Source of the DNA: Roseateles sp.
GTDB lineage: Bacteria; Pseudomonadota; Gammaproteobacteria; Burkholderiales; Burkholderiaceae_C
Reading direction: 5' to 3'
NCBI GenBank assembly: GCA_052436255.1
Contig: JBQVNP010000011.1
Location: 3,572-67,571, forward strand
Length of the DNA: 64,000 bases
A model generated the notes under the pieces. That model worked only from the letters and a program-made list of their open reading frames with translations. It ran no database searches and was not told where the DNA came from. The position numbers were made by a program, and so were the translations under genes. Positions within the stretch are counted from its first letter, which is position 1; each line of letters starts with the position of its first letter. Shown here piece after piece: positions 8,483 through 17,414 of this stretch.

Positions 8483-9336
8483 TCGGCGGCCTCGGTGGCT
8501 TCGGTGGCGGGGGACTCCTCGCGCTTGAGCGCGTTGATCTGGGCTGTCTGCTCGGGCGTCAGGGCGCCGCGCGCCAGCGCCCAGCCCAGGATGTCGTTCG
8601 TGGTCTTGATGCCCTCGGCGACAGCGCGGGTCCAGCGGGGCATTTGCTCGGCGAACTTGTCGTCGGGCCAGGTCGCGGGCGGCGGGGGCGGGGGTGGCGA
8701 TCCAACAACCTCTGCCGCTCCCATGTGCTTCGGCTCGGCCTGCGCGTCCAGCGCCTTCCCTTCCATCTCTTCGGCCGTGGGCGTAGAGCCGACCTCGGGG
8801 AACGCCTTGCGCAGGGCCTGGGCTTCGGCGCACTTGGCCAGCTGGCCGCGCGGGCGCTTCGACCACATGGCATTGGGCGCGATGCTCTTTTCCTTGCCGC
8901 CCTTGATCGCGTAGTTCTCCGTCCAGTACTCGACGGCCGTGAACGTGGCGACCTGGCCGCTGGGCAGCAGGCGCTTGACGGTGACCTTGCACCAGTCGGG
9001 ATACGTGACGGTCTGGCCGCCGATCTCTTCCGTCAGCATCGGCCCGAACTCGGGCTCGCTGATGCCGGCCATCTGGTTGGAGCGGCTGGCCTGCGTGCGG
9101 TAGAGGCCGACGCCGGGCATGACCACATCACGCATCTGCCCGGCCTTGCTGTCCCACATGGGGACGATGTGGACCGGCTTCTGCATGGGGTCCAGGCCGG
9201 CCGCCTTGCAGTAGCCTAGGACCATGCGGATGCTGCCGTGGTTCGCACCGGGGTAGAGGCTGCTGCTGAGCACGTCCAGCAGCTCGGGCTCGGACAGCGC
9301 GAGCGCGCCGCCTTCTTGTCGGGTGATTGCGTTCAT
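8479..9336 (-). CDS. bet: Phage recombination protein Bet (single-strand annealing)
   Basis: CKAAGLDPMQKPVHIVPMWD...PNAMWSKRPRGQLAKCAEAQALRKAFPE; adjacent to the exonuclease. Confidence 0.9.
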   Translation of the reverse strand: MNAITRQEGGALALSEPELLDVLSSSLYPGANHGSIRMVLGYCKAAGLDPMQKPVHIVPMWDSKAGQMRDVVMPGVGLYRTQASRSNQMAGISEPEFGPMLTEEIGGQTVTYPDWCKVTVKRLLPSGQVATFTAVEYWTENYAIKGGKEKSIAPNAMWSKRPRGQLAKCAEAQALRKAFPEVGSTPTAEEMEGKALDAQAEPKHMGAAEVVGSPPPPPPPATWPDDKFAEQMPRWTRAVAEGIKTTNDILGWALARGALTPEQTAQINALKREESPATEATEAAE

Positions 9337-9440
9337 GTGGTTGTCCAGTTAGGAAAAGACGCCGACCTGCCACAGGAAGGCGGTCAGTGCGGCAATGGCG
9401 ATGACGGCGAAGTCAGCGAGTCGCCCGTGGTTGTGCGGAC

Positions 9441-9731
9441 TCATCGCGCTGCCGCCTTCAACGCATCCGCGATCAGGCACAAAGCCCAGGTCGCAATGCA
9501 GGTGGACAGCAGGTAGATGACCGTCAGCAGGTAGGCCTCGGCCGGCGACAGGTCGTCGGGCCGGTCGTCATCGGCGCCAAGCTCAGTGCATGCCTCGGCC
9601 GGCGCGGGCTGGACCTCGGGCGAGCAGCGGCGGGCCGGCCAGCCTTGCTCGGGGCGGCCTTGCGGCGCGATCCAGGGCCGGTCAGGCGGCAGCGGCAGGG
9701 CGCGGTGGGCGGTCATGCGGCGGGCGTTCAC
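9441..9731 (-). CDS. Phage hypothetical membrane protein
   Basis: GTG start overlapping the upstream stop; C-terminal hydrophobic helix. Confidence 0.5.
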   Translation of the reverse strand: MNARRMTAHRALPLPPDRPWIAPQGRPEQGWPARRCSPEVQPAPAEACTELGADDDRPDDLSPAEAYLLTVIYLLSTCIATWALCLIADALKAAAR

Positions 9732-9907
9732 GACAGCCTCCAAGCAATGACACCGGCATGGACCGCGCAGGCCGCAGCCGCAAGCCATGCAACGCGCGTG
9801 ACGGCCCCGGAATGCTTGCCGTACAGGTTCCGGCCGGCCCAGCGAGCCACGAAGCAGGAGGCCACAGCAGCCAGCGTGGCGAGGATGAGGTAGACGGCGG
9901 GGCTCAT
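9728..9907 (-). CDS. Small two-helix membrane protein (59 aa)
   Basis: Hand translation MSPAVYLILATLAAVASCFVARWAG...; coupled overlaps at both ends. Confidence 0.55.
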   Translation of the reverse strand: MSPAVYLILATLAAVASCFVARWAGRNLYGKHSGAVTRVAWLAAAACAVHAGVIAWRLS

Positions 9908-10164
9908 GCGGCACCTCGCGCGGCGTCGACAGCAGCCTGCAGCCGGTCGCGCAGGCCCTGGTCGCGGAAGCTGACGGCGAAGCTGGCCAGCGTCTCCACA
10001 ACCAAGTCCCGCAGCTCGCCGGCTTCCGCCTTGGCCCGCGCGTGGCCGAGCTTGTAGGCCTCGTCCTGGATGCGGATGACCGCGTCGCCAACCGTGTCGG
10101 TGAACCGGTTGTGCTCGTGGACCATGGCTTCGTGGTCCGCGACGTTGTGCCGGAGGCCGCTCAT
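9904..10164 (-). CDS. Phage hypothetical protein
   Basis: MSGLRHNVADHEAM...; ATGA overlaps. Confidence 0.65.
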   Translation of the reverse strand: MSGLRHNVADHEAMVHEHNRFTDTVGDAVIRIQDEAYKLGHARAKAEAGELRDLVVETLASFAVSFRDQGLRDRLQAAVDAARGAA

Positions 10165-10538
10165 GCCGCTGCTCCCGCGTAGTTGTGCGTGTCGTCCTGC
10201 CCGGCGACCCATTCGGATTCCAGGACCACCGGGGCGACGGCCTGGGCGGGGCCGCTCTGCAGCTGCGATTCGAGGTTGCGCACGCGCAGCTTGGCGGCGG
10301 CGACGTCGGGGTCCATCAGGAACGCGTCGAGGCGCAGGCTCGCGGCCCTGCAGTTGTGCCGGGCGGTGTGGCGCCCAGGCTCGCAGGCCAGTGCGCGCTC
10401 CACATCCGCCTGGCGAAGCAAGCCGCCACGGCGCTCCAGCAGTTCCGCCAAGTCGCGACGGGCGTCCTGAAGGTGCAGCTCAATGACTGCCCGGCCGCCG
10501 AGGGTCTGGCCGCTGCGGGCCGCGCTCTGTGCTTGCAT
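10161..10538 (-). CDS. First gene of the pL operon, hypothetical
   Basis: MQAQSAARSG...; AGGGA RBS, downstream of pL. Confidence 0.6.
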   Translation of the reverse strand: MQAQSAARSGQTLGGRAVIELHLQDARRDLAELLERRGGLLRQADVERALACEPGRHTARHNCRAASLRLDAFLMDPDVAAAKLRVRNLESQLQSGPAQAVAPVVLESEWVAGQDDTHNYAGAAA

Positions 10539-10588
10539 TCCCTGCCTCGCTGCCCCCGCCGTTTGGCGTTGTCTTGGGGCTTGGCTGC

Positions 10589-10632
10589 ATATTAGGCGAC
10601 GCCTTATCAATGCGTCAATAGGCGTAGCCTTA
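10589..10632 (-). promoter_or_regulatory. pL promoter with operators OL1/OL2
   Basis: Minus-strand TTGACG (10613-10618) and TAATAT (10589-10594); 15-bp palindromes TTAGGCGACGCCTTA (10592-10606) and ATAGGCGTAGCCTTA (10618-10632). Confidence 0.8.
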
Positions 10633-10650
10633 TTTTTGTGAGGCAGATGC

Positions 10651-10676
10651 AAAAAAGCCCGCACTGGGCGGGCTTG
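10651..10676 (-). terminator. Intrinsic terminator of the cI operon
   Basis: AAAAAAGCCCGC-ACTGG-GCGGGCTT; T-run on minus strand. Confidence 0.8.
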
Positions 10677-10694
10677 ACAGGGGGCAGGGGGCGG

Positions 10695-11249
10695 TTACAG
10701 CGGCTTCCGCGCTTTGGCCCGATCCTCGGCAGCTCGTTTCACTTCATCGGCAGCAGCGCGGGACCGGAATTCGACTGAGCAGTTCTCATTTTGCAGCGGC
10801 CCGCAAGCCAGCCGAATTTCCAGGTCGGCTGTGTTCCACGTCGCGCCCGTGGCGACACCAATAGCTGGCAGGTTAGTCCACTCTGGAAGCCCAAAGCGGC
10901 CTGTCACCGACTGTGCGATAGCGTGCTTCTCCGTGTTTGGGATCATGAAGACTTCCAACGATTCCACCGTGCGGCGACTGCTTAGGATCAGCTTAATCCC
11001 TCCCTGCGATGCCCATTCCGGCAATTCGTCCGCGCCGGGCAACCCGACCTTCACGACAGACCCGCCGCTCTTGACCACGAAAGGCTTTTCATGCGTGCAC
11101 ATGCGCTTCACAGTCCGCAAATCACGCGGACACGAGGACAATTGCGGAAGCGGGCGCCCGGCAATCTCTACCCCTAGCACTGTCACTGGGGCTGCTTGGC
11201 CGGATGTGGCGAACACGGCAAGCAACACGGTTGCGGCAGCCTTCATCAT
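10695..11249 (-). CDS. Secreted/periplasmic hypothetical protein (cargo in cI operon)
   Basis: Signal peptide MMKAAATVLLAVFATSGQAA; GGAGG RBS; ATGA coupling. Confidence 0.75.
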   Translation of the reverse strand: MMKAAATVLLAVFATSGQAAPVTVLGVEIAGRPLPQLSSCPRDLRTVKRMCTHEKPFVVKSGGSVVKVGLPGADELPEWASQGGIKLILSSRRTVESLEVFMIPNTEKHAIAQSVTGRFGLPEWTNLPAIGVATGATWNTADLEIRLACGPLQNENCSVEFRSRAAADEVKRAAEDRAKARKPL

Positions 11250-11500
11250 TCCTCCCCAAAAACACGTTTCAAAGTCCCATGGAACAGCGTGGCCGCCATG
11301 GCTGTAGCCCAGGCTGGATTGCGATGGGCCTCCCCGCAAGAGCTGTAGAAGAACTCGCGGTTTGCGGCCATGACGGTGTAGCTGATGCCGATGATCTTCC
11401 CCGCCTCAGCCTGGCTTAGCAGCTCGCGCAGGCACTCGACGGTTTCGTGGCTGACGCTCTGCCGAAGGTGCAAGAGCCGGAACGGTCTGGCGCGCTTCAT
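11246..11500 (-). CDS. Hypothetical protein (84 aa) coupled to cI
   Basis: MKRARPFRLL...; ATGA overlap with the cI stop. Confidence 0.7.
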   Translation of the reverse strand: MKRARPFRLLHLRQSVSHETVECLRELLSQAEAGKIIGISYTVMAANREFFYSSCGEAHRNPAWATAMAATLFHGTLKRVFGEE

Positions 11501-12129
11501 TGGTCCGTCCCCTCCGTCCCCGTCCCCGCTTCGCCCTGTTTGCGGTCCAACGGCGATCTGTTCGTCCGCTGCGGGTCTGTGCGCCTGTCGTTGCTGATCC
11601 ATCCTGATCCCTCCCTTTTGCCTCCCCCTAGACCTTGGGGGCTGGTCGAATCATCAGGGGCGGGGTGGCTCATAGGCTGATCCAGCGCAGAACCGGCAGG
11701 GCGTAACTTTTCACCGACTTCGGCCCCTAACAGGCGCGCCAACTCGCGCTGATTTCTGGTGTCACCGCGCCGCATTGCCATCTTGTGGAGCAGGTCGGCA
11801 ACGTCCTGGCGCACCTCGGGCGGCATGTCCGCGGCCAGGGCGTCGCCGAGAGCTGCAAGGGCTGCTTCAACCGCGATGACGGCGGCCGCAGGCTGTTCAG
11901 GCGGCGGCTCTGAGGCGAAGGACGCAAGGCCCCAATGGCTCGGGCCGGCTACATCGGCGAAGTAGGCCCACAGCTTTGGCAGCTTCGCCTTGTCGATGGT
12001 GCCTTTGTTCACCCAGTCCTGCACGGATGGCGCCTTCACCCCGAAGTCTTCCGCCAGCTTTGCCTTGGAGATCTTCTTGAGCACGCGCGCAGCCTCGATG
12101 GCTGCTCCAAGGTCTTTGCCTGTAAGCAT
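11497..12129 (-). CDS. cI: CI-like repressor, N-terminal HTH, no S24 peptidase domain
   Basis: MLTGKDLGAAIEAARVLKKISKAKLAEDFGVKAPSVQDW; divergent from cro across operators. Confidence 0.8.
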   Translation of the reverse strand: MLTGKDLGAAIEAARVLKKISKAKLAEDFGVKAPSVQDWVNKGTIDKAKLPKLWAYFADVAGPSHWGLASFASEPPPEQPAAAVIAVEAALAALGDALAADMPPEVRQDVADLLHKMAMRRGDTRNQRELARLLGAEVGEKLRPAGSALDQPMSHPAPDDSTSPQGLGGGKREGSGWISNDRRTDPQRTNRSPLDRKQGEAGTGTEGTDQ

Positions 12130-12198
12130 TGCCTTATGTTCGGTTGACGGCGCCTCATTAGGCAATTCCGTTGACAAAGTAAGGCGGCGCCTTATACT
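12122..12198 (+). promoter_or_regulatory. pR promoter and OR operators
   Basis: TTGACA (12171-12176), TATACT (12193-12198); TAAGGCGGCGCCTTA (12180-12194) and GTAAGCATTGCCTTA (12122-12136) match the OL sites. Confidence 0.85.
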
Positions 12199-12204
12199 GG
12201 CCGC

Positions 12205-12489
12205 ATGGACACCCCGAACACACCTATCGCCCGAGCATGCAAGCACCTCGGTGGCCAGGGGGCAGTGGCCCGACTGCTGGGCTTGAAGCCCCCGACCGTC
12301 AACGAGTGGTGTACCGGCAAGCGGAAGGTTCCAGCCGAGCGCTGCATTCAGATCGAACAACTCACCGATGGTGCCGTGCGCTGCGAGGAGTTGCTGCCGG
12401 ATTTCCCTTGGGCCGCGTTTCGCAACCAGCGCATCGCCGCGAAGCCCGTCAAGCCCGCTCGCCGCGTTGCGGCAGGGCAGGGGGCATAG
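12205..12489 (+). CDS. cro: Cro/YdaS-like HTH regulator
   Basis: ACKHLGGQGAVARLLGLKPPTVNEW...VPAERCIQIEQLTDGAVRCEELLPD. Confidence 0.85.
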   Translation: MDTPNTPIARACKHLGGQGAVARLLGLKPPTVNEWCTGKRKVPAERCIQIEQLTDGAVRCEELLPDFPWAAFRNQRIAAKPVKPARRVAAGQGA

Positions 12490-12492
12490 GCC

Positions 12493-13185
12493 ATGGAACT
12501 CGTCACCCAAGCCCCGACGATGACCAGCCGCGAGATCGCGGAGTTGGTCAAGACCTCGCACGACAGCGTGCTGAAGACCGTGCGCGCCCTGATCGAGCGG
12601 GGTGTCGTTTCTGGAAACGAGACCCCCTACACGCATCCTCAGAACGGCCAGACGTACAGCGAGTTCCGGCTGAACTACCGCGACACGATGGTTGTGGCCT
12701 CGGGGTACAGCGTCGAGCTGCGCGCCAAGGTGATTGACCGCTGGCAGGAACTCGAAGCCCAGGGCGCGCCCACCTTCCAAGTCCCTACATCCCTGGCCGG
12801 CGCGCTGCGCCTCGCTGCCGAGCAGGCCGAACGCATTGAGCAGCAGCAAGCCCAAATCGAAGCCGCCGCGCCGGCCGTGGCCTTTGTCGACCGCTTTGTT
12901 CAAGCTGATGGCCTGAAGGGCTTCCGCGAGACCTGCAAGCTGCTGAAGGCCAACGAGGCTCGGTTTACCGAGTTCGTGCTGGCCAAGAAGATCATGTATC
13001 GGCTGGCGGGCAAGCTGACTGCGCACCAGCAGCACATTGACGCCGGCCGGTTTGTGGTTCGGGCTGGCGTGGCAACCGCCACCGAGCATGCCTTCACGAC
13101 CACCAAGTTCACGGCCAAGGGTGTGAACTGGATTGCTGGCGAGTGGGCGAAGCATTGCCTCGCGGCTGAAGCTGTGGAGGCCTGA
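12493..13185 (+). CDS. Rha-family/antirepressor with C-terminal ANT (KilAC) domain
   Basis: MTSREIAELV...H..VL.; APAVAFVDRFV...TTKFTAKGVNWI. Confidence 0.85.
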   Translation: MELVTQAPTMTSREIAELVKTSHDSVLKTVRALIERGVVSGNETPYTHPQNGQTYSEFRLNYRDTMVVASGYSVELRAKVIDRWQELEAQGAPTFQVPTSLAGALRLAAEQAERIEQQQAQIEAAAPAVAFVDRFVQADGLKGFRETCKLLKANEARFTEFVLAKKIMYRLAGKLTAHQQHIDAGRFVVRAGVATATEHAFTTTKFTAKGVNWIAGEWAKHCLAAEAVEA

Positions 13186-13235
13186 GATGCAGACCCAAGC
13201 ACTCCACCCGGAAAACCGTGCGCTGGCCGCGCAGA

Positions 13236-13472
13236 TCAGCGCTTTAGCTGCTGCCGAAGCATCACCAGCTTTTCCGCCAGCACCTTCTGCCTTGCGTCGA
13301 AGCTGGCTCGTGACTGCTCTGGCAAGCCTTCGCGCTTGGTTGGTGACATCGCGATGAAGCGGTCGTGCACGCCATTGAACGTGGCTGGCGCGTGCATGCG
13401 CAGAGCCAACAGCAGCGCGTCGAGCATCAAGTCGTCTGCGATGTCGCGTCCGAATCGTTCCAGGTCTTCCAT
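13236..13472 (-). CDS. Hypothetical protein antisense to the early right operon
   Basis: MEDLERFGRDIADD...; AGGAGG RBS. Confidence 0.55.
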   Translation of the reverse strand: MEDLERFGRDIADDLMLDALLLALRMHAPATFNGVHDRFIAMSPTKREGLPEQSRASFDARQKVLAEKLVMLRQQLKR

Positions 13473-13637
13473 GGGCGCCCTCCTTGGGCTCGTAGTCGTA
13501 GGGACCGCGAGCGTAAACCGGGGCAGGGCGCCCACCCTTCTCCCTGTATCCATCACGACCGGGCTGGCCGCAACCAGCGCGACCGGCGTGATGGCCTGTC
13601 CCTCGGGCCTGACCGCCCGGGGGATTTCTTTGGCTGG

Positions 13638-13844
13638 TCACTTCGCGCACAGCCCCGCCTTCCTTGCCTGCTCGCGCAGCTTGCCGGCGAGGTCCACCTG
13701 GGCCCGTCCTTCGACCTTCATGCAAGGCAAGGCCATGTGTGCCCGGCCGCCGCGTTCGAGGTCGTCGATCAGGTCGTTGACGCAGCGGGACAGGACGGCG
13801 CGCAGGGAGCGCTTGGCCAGTTTGTGCGGGTCGTTCTTCGGCAT
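13638..13844 (-). CDS. Hypothetical protein antisense to the early right operon
   Basis: MPKNDPHKLAKRS...; GAGGAAG RBS-like. Confidence 0.45.
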   Translation of the reverse strand: MPKNDPHKLAKRSLRAVLSRCVNDLIDDLERGGRAHMALPCMKVEGRAQVDLAGKLREQARKAGLCAK

Positions 13845-13974
13845 CAGTTCTTCCTCAGCGTTTTCTGGTGGGCGCCTGCCCGTAGGCCCTGCGAAGGCCG
13901 ACTCCCCCGTCAAGGGGCAAGCGGATACGGGCGCCCACCTGAGTGCGTTTTCTTCAACTGCGATGGGAGTCGCT

Positions 13975-14415
13975 ATGCAAACCATGGATCGAAGTTTTGT
14001 CCGCAGCCAATGGAAAGATCGAGACAGACCTGGAAAGGATTCGACAGATCAGGGTGATCTCGCCCTCATCGGCGAGGTTCCTTCCTGCGCGCCGGTGGCG
14101 GCCGACCTGTCGTTCATCAGCGTCACGACCAGCGTGGGCGCCATGCGCTACGCCGTGCAGCGCAGCGGCAGCGATGACTTCGAAGTCGCCGACTACGTGG
14201 GCATCTCGCACAGCTACATGTGCAAGGTGTTGAAGGGGACGGCCGGCCTGCATGGCCCGCGCCTCGTCAAGTTCATGCGCGGCACCAAGAGCCTCGCGCC
14301 GCTGCAGTGGCTGGCAGAGCAGATGGGGTGCGACGTGGTGCTGCGCGACCGCCGGGCGGCCGAGGTCGCCGAGTTGACCCAGCGCCTGCGTGAGCTTCAG
14401 GGCCGAGCGGCCTGA
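13975..14415 (+). CDS. CII-like HTH transcriptional regulator
   Basis: EVADYVGISHSYMCKVLKG...PLQWLAEQMGCDVV; position after cro/antirepressor. Confidence 0.7.
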   Translation: MQTMDRSFVRSQWKDRDRPGKDSTDQGDLALIGEVPSCAPVAADLSFISVTTSVGAMRYAVQRSGSDDFEVADYVGISHSYMCKVLKGTAGLHGPRLVKFMRGTKSLAPLQWLAEQMGCDVVLRDRRAAEVAELTQRLRELQGRAA

Positions 14416-14484
14416 AAGAGCGAAGACCCAAGCGCGCGGGAACGTGCTGGGCCTTCTGAGCAAGTCAAAACCTAGGGGATCGAA

Positions 14485-14670
14485 ATGCCTGAACTGATTG
14501 TCTCAAGAAACACCGTCGCCACCCTCTACGCAGACGCCAGCAAGGAGATGACCCACGACGACGCAGTCCTTCACGTCGCCGGCATCACCGGCCAGACGCC
14601 GGAAACAGTGGAAGGCGTCATCTGGGCGCGCGAATCGAATCACACGGCGGCGATGGAGTGCGGAGCGTGA
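14485..14670 (+). CDS. Small hypothetical protein
   Basis: 61-aa ORF with RBS, coupled to next gene. Confidence 0.55.
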   Translation: MPELIVSRNTVATLYADASKEMTHDDAVLHVAGITGQTPETVEGVIWARESNHTAAMECGA

Positions 14671-17204
14671 GCGACTACACGGCGTTCCTCCGCCAGAAGA
14701 TCAAGCTCGCCCAGTTCAAGGGCTTCGAGGTCGACCCGGCCGAGCTGAACCCCAAGCTGAAGCCGCACACGGCCGACATCGTGCGCTGGGCGCTGTTGGG
14801 CGGCCAACGCGCCATCTTCGCCAGCTTCGGCCTGCACAAGACCGTGACGGCGCTGGAGATCATGCGGCTGATCGGCAAGCGCCGCGCCGGCGTACGCGCC
14901 ATCGTCTGCCCGCTGGGCGTGCGCCGCGAGTTCATCGACCAGGCCGCGCAGCACTTCACCGGCGAGTTCGCGCTGGACGTGCGCTTCGTGAACCGCGACA
15001 GCCAGATAGACGACGACCGCACGATCTACCTGACGAACTACGAAGCGGTGCGCGAGGGCAACGTCAACCCGTCGCGCTGGCTGGCCAGCAACCTGGACGA
15101 AGCGAGCGTCTTGCGCAGCTACGGCAGCAAGACCTATCAGGAGTTCCTGCCCGCCTTCCAGCCGGTCGAGTTCAAGTTCGTGGCCACGGCCACGCCGAGC
15201 CCGAACCGCTTCAAGGAGCTGATTCACTACGCGGGTTACCTCGGCGTGATGGACACGGGCCAGGCGCTGACGCGGTTCTTCCAGCGCGACAGCGAGAAGG
15301 CCGGCAACCTGACCCTCTATCCGCACAAGGAGCAGGAGTTCTGGTTGTGGGTCGCGAGCTGGGCCGTCTTCATCCAGCGCCCGAGCGACCTGGGCCACAG
15401 CGATGACGGATATGTCCTGCCCGAGCTCGATGTCCGGTACCACGAGGTGCCGAGCGACTACAGCAAGGCCGGCGAGGAGCGCGACGGCCAGGCTCTGATG
15501 TTCACAGACCCGGCCCTAGGCCTGAGCGCCGCGGCGGCCGAGAAGCGCGACAGCATGCCGGCGCGCGTCGCCAAGGTGGCCGAGATCCTGGCCGCTGATC
15601 CTGCTGACCACTTCGTTGTGTGGCACGACCTGGAGGCCGAGCGCCACGCCCTGCAGGCGGCTATCCCCGAGGCCGTCAGCGTGTGGGGCAACCAGGACCT
15701 GACCGAGCGCGAGGACCGTATTGCCGACTTCGGCGACGGCAAGTTCCGCGTCCTGTCCACCAAGCCGGTCATCGCCGGCAGCGGCTGCAACTTCCAGCGC
15801 CATTGCCACCGCGAGGTCTTCGCCGGCATCGGCTTCAAGTTCAACGACTTCATTCAGTCCGTGCACCGGGTCCAGCGCTTCGGCCAGGCCCACCCGGTAC
15901 GCATCGACATCGTCCACACCGAGGCAGAGCGCGAAGTCCTGCGCGAGCTGCTGGCGAAGTGGGCTCAACACGACGAGACCCAGACGACCATGACCGAGAT
16001 CATCCGCAAGTTCGGGCTGAGCCAGCTGGCCATGCAGGAGACGCTGGCGCGCAGCCTGGGCGTCGAGCGCGTCGTCGTCAGCGGCGACCGCTTCACCGTG
16101 GCGAACAACGACTGCGTCGAGGAGGCCAAGGCCCAGCCCGACAACTCGGTCGACCTGATCGTCACGAGCATCCCGTTCGCCAACCATTACGAGTACAGCC
16201 CCAGCTACAACGACTTCGGCCACACCGAGGACAACGCGCAGTTCTGGGCGCAGATGGACTTCCTCACGCCCGAGCTGCTGCGCATCCTGAAGCCCGGCCG
16301 CATCGCTGCGATCCACGTCAAGGACCGCATCGACTTCGGCAACGTGACCGGCAAGGGCCTGCCCACCGTCAGCCCGTTTCACGCCGAGACGCTGGCGCAC
16401 TACGCCGGCATTCGCTCGATGGGCTTGCCCGGCCATGGCTTCGATTACCTCGGGATGATCACCGTCGTCACGGACGTGGTGCGCGAGAACAACCAGACCT
16501 ACCGCCTCGGCTACACGGAGATGCGCAAGGACGGCTCCAAGATGGGCTGCGGCTCGCCTGAGTACATCCTGCTGTTCCACAAGCCGCAGACCGACCGCTC
16601 CAAGGGCTACGCCGACAGCCGAATCAGCAAGCGCATCGAGGACTACAGCCTCGCACGCTGGCAGGTCGATGCGCATGCCTACTGGCGTTCCAGCGGCAAC
16701 CGCCTGCTGACCGTCGACGAGCTGGCCAGCCTCGGCCCGGACAAGCTGGCGAAGCTGTTCACGGACTACAGCCTGACCAAGGTCTACGACTTCGAGGCCC
16801 ATGTCCAGATCGGGCACGCGCTGGAGCTGCGCGGCGCGCTGCCGTCGACCTTCATGAGCCTGGCCCCGGGGTCGTGGCACCCGGACGTGTGGCATGACGT
16901 GACGCGCATGCTGACGCTCAACAGTGAGCAGAGCCGGCGCGCAGTCGAGAAGCACGTCTGCCCGCTCCAGTTCGACATCGTCGACCGGCTCATCGAGCGC
17001 TACAGCAACAAGGGCGAGCGCGTCTATGACCCATTCTGCGGCCTTGGCACCGTGCCCTACCGGGCAATCCTGAAGGGCCGCACCGGCGGCGGCAGCGAGC
17101 TCAACCCGAACTACTTCACCGACCAGGTGCATTACCTGCGTGCGGCCGAGCGCGAGATCTCGATGCCCAGCCTGTTCGACGCTTTCGAGCTGGAGGCGGC
17201 CTGA
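14667..17204 (+). CDS. SF2/SNF2-like helicase fused to an amino-(N4/N6) DNA methyltransferase
   Basis: GLHKT, LDEAS, ATATPSPN, QSVHRVQRFGQ, then TSIPF and DPFCGLGT methylase motifs; GTG start. Confidence 0.88.
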   Translation: MSDYTAFLRQKIKLAQFKGFEVDPAELNPKLKPHTADIVRWALLGGQRAIFASFGLHKTVTALEIMRLIGKRRAGVRAIVCPLGVRREFIDQAAQHFTGEFALDVRFVNRDSQIDDDRTIYLTNYEAVREGNVNPSRWLASNLDEASVLRSYGSKTYQEFLPAFQPVEFKFVATATPSPNRFKELIHYAGYLGVMDTGQALTRFFQRDSEKAGNLTLYPHKEQEFWLWVASWAVFIQRPSDLGHSDDGYVLPELDVRYHEVPSDYSKAGEERDGQALMFTDPALGLSAAAAEKRDSMPARVAKVAEILAADPADHFVVWHDLEAERHALQAAIPEAVSVWGNQDLTEREDRIADFGDGKFRVLSTKPVIAGSGCNFQRHCHREVFAGIGFKFNDFIQSVHRVQRFGQAHPVRIDIVHTEAEREVLRELLAKWAQHDETQTTMTEIIRKFGLSQLAMQETLARSLGVERVVVSGDRFTVANNDCVEEAKAQPDNSVDLIVTSIPFANHYEYSPSYNDFGHTEDNAQFWAQMDFLTPELLRILKPGRIAAIHVKDRIDFGNVTGKGLPTVSPFHAETLAHYAGIRSMGLPGHGFDYLGMITVVTDVVRENNQTYRLGYTEMRKDGSKMGCGSPEYILLFHKPQTDRSKGYADSRISKRIEDYSLARWQVDAHAYWRSSGNRLLTVDELASLGPDKLAKLFTDYSLTKVYDFEAHVQIGHALELRGALPSTFMSLAPGSWHPDVWHDVTRMLTLNSEQSRRAVEKHVCPLQFDIVDRLIERYSNKGERVYDPFCGLGTVPYRAILKGRTGGGSELNPNYFTDQVHYLRAAEREISMPSLFDAFELEAA

Positions 17205-17407
17205 TGCGCGCGCCCACCGAGCCCACCGACGCGCCGCTGGTCATCCCGGCACGGCCGGCACCTGCGCCGGTACCGGCACCGGCAACACCTGACCCAGCGC
17301 GTCACTTCGAACTGGGCAACTGGGGCGCGACGCTGCCTGAGGGTCTGGCTGAGAAGCCCGCCGCGCCGGCGCCGGCTGACGACCTCGGCCCTCCCATCAT
17401 CTTCTGA
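17204..17407 (+). CDS. Pro-rich hypothetical protein
   Basis: 67-aa ORF, TGATG coupling. Confidence 0.5.
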   Translation: MRAPTEPTDAPLVIPARPAPAPVPAPATPDPARHFELGNWGATLPEGLAEKPAAPAPADDLGPPIIF

Positions 17408-17414
17408 GGCTGGC

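Noticed and set aside
6458-8914. 818-aa plus-strand ORF, and similar long antisense ORFs at 2909-4516, 15516-17132, 30621-32375 and 51020-52348
   Set aside because: Antisense shadows of well-supported genes, caused by codon bias
11497-13725. 742-aa minus-strand ORF
   Set aside because: Only the last 210 aa (from ATG 12129) form the CI; the rest is antisense to cro and the antirepressor
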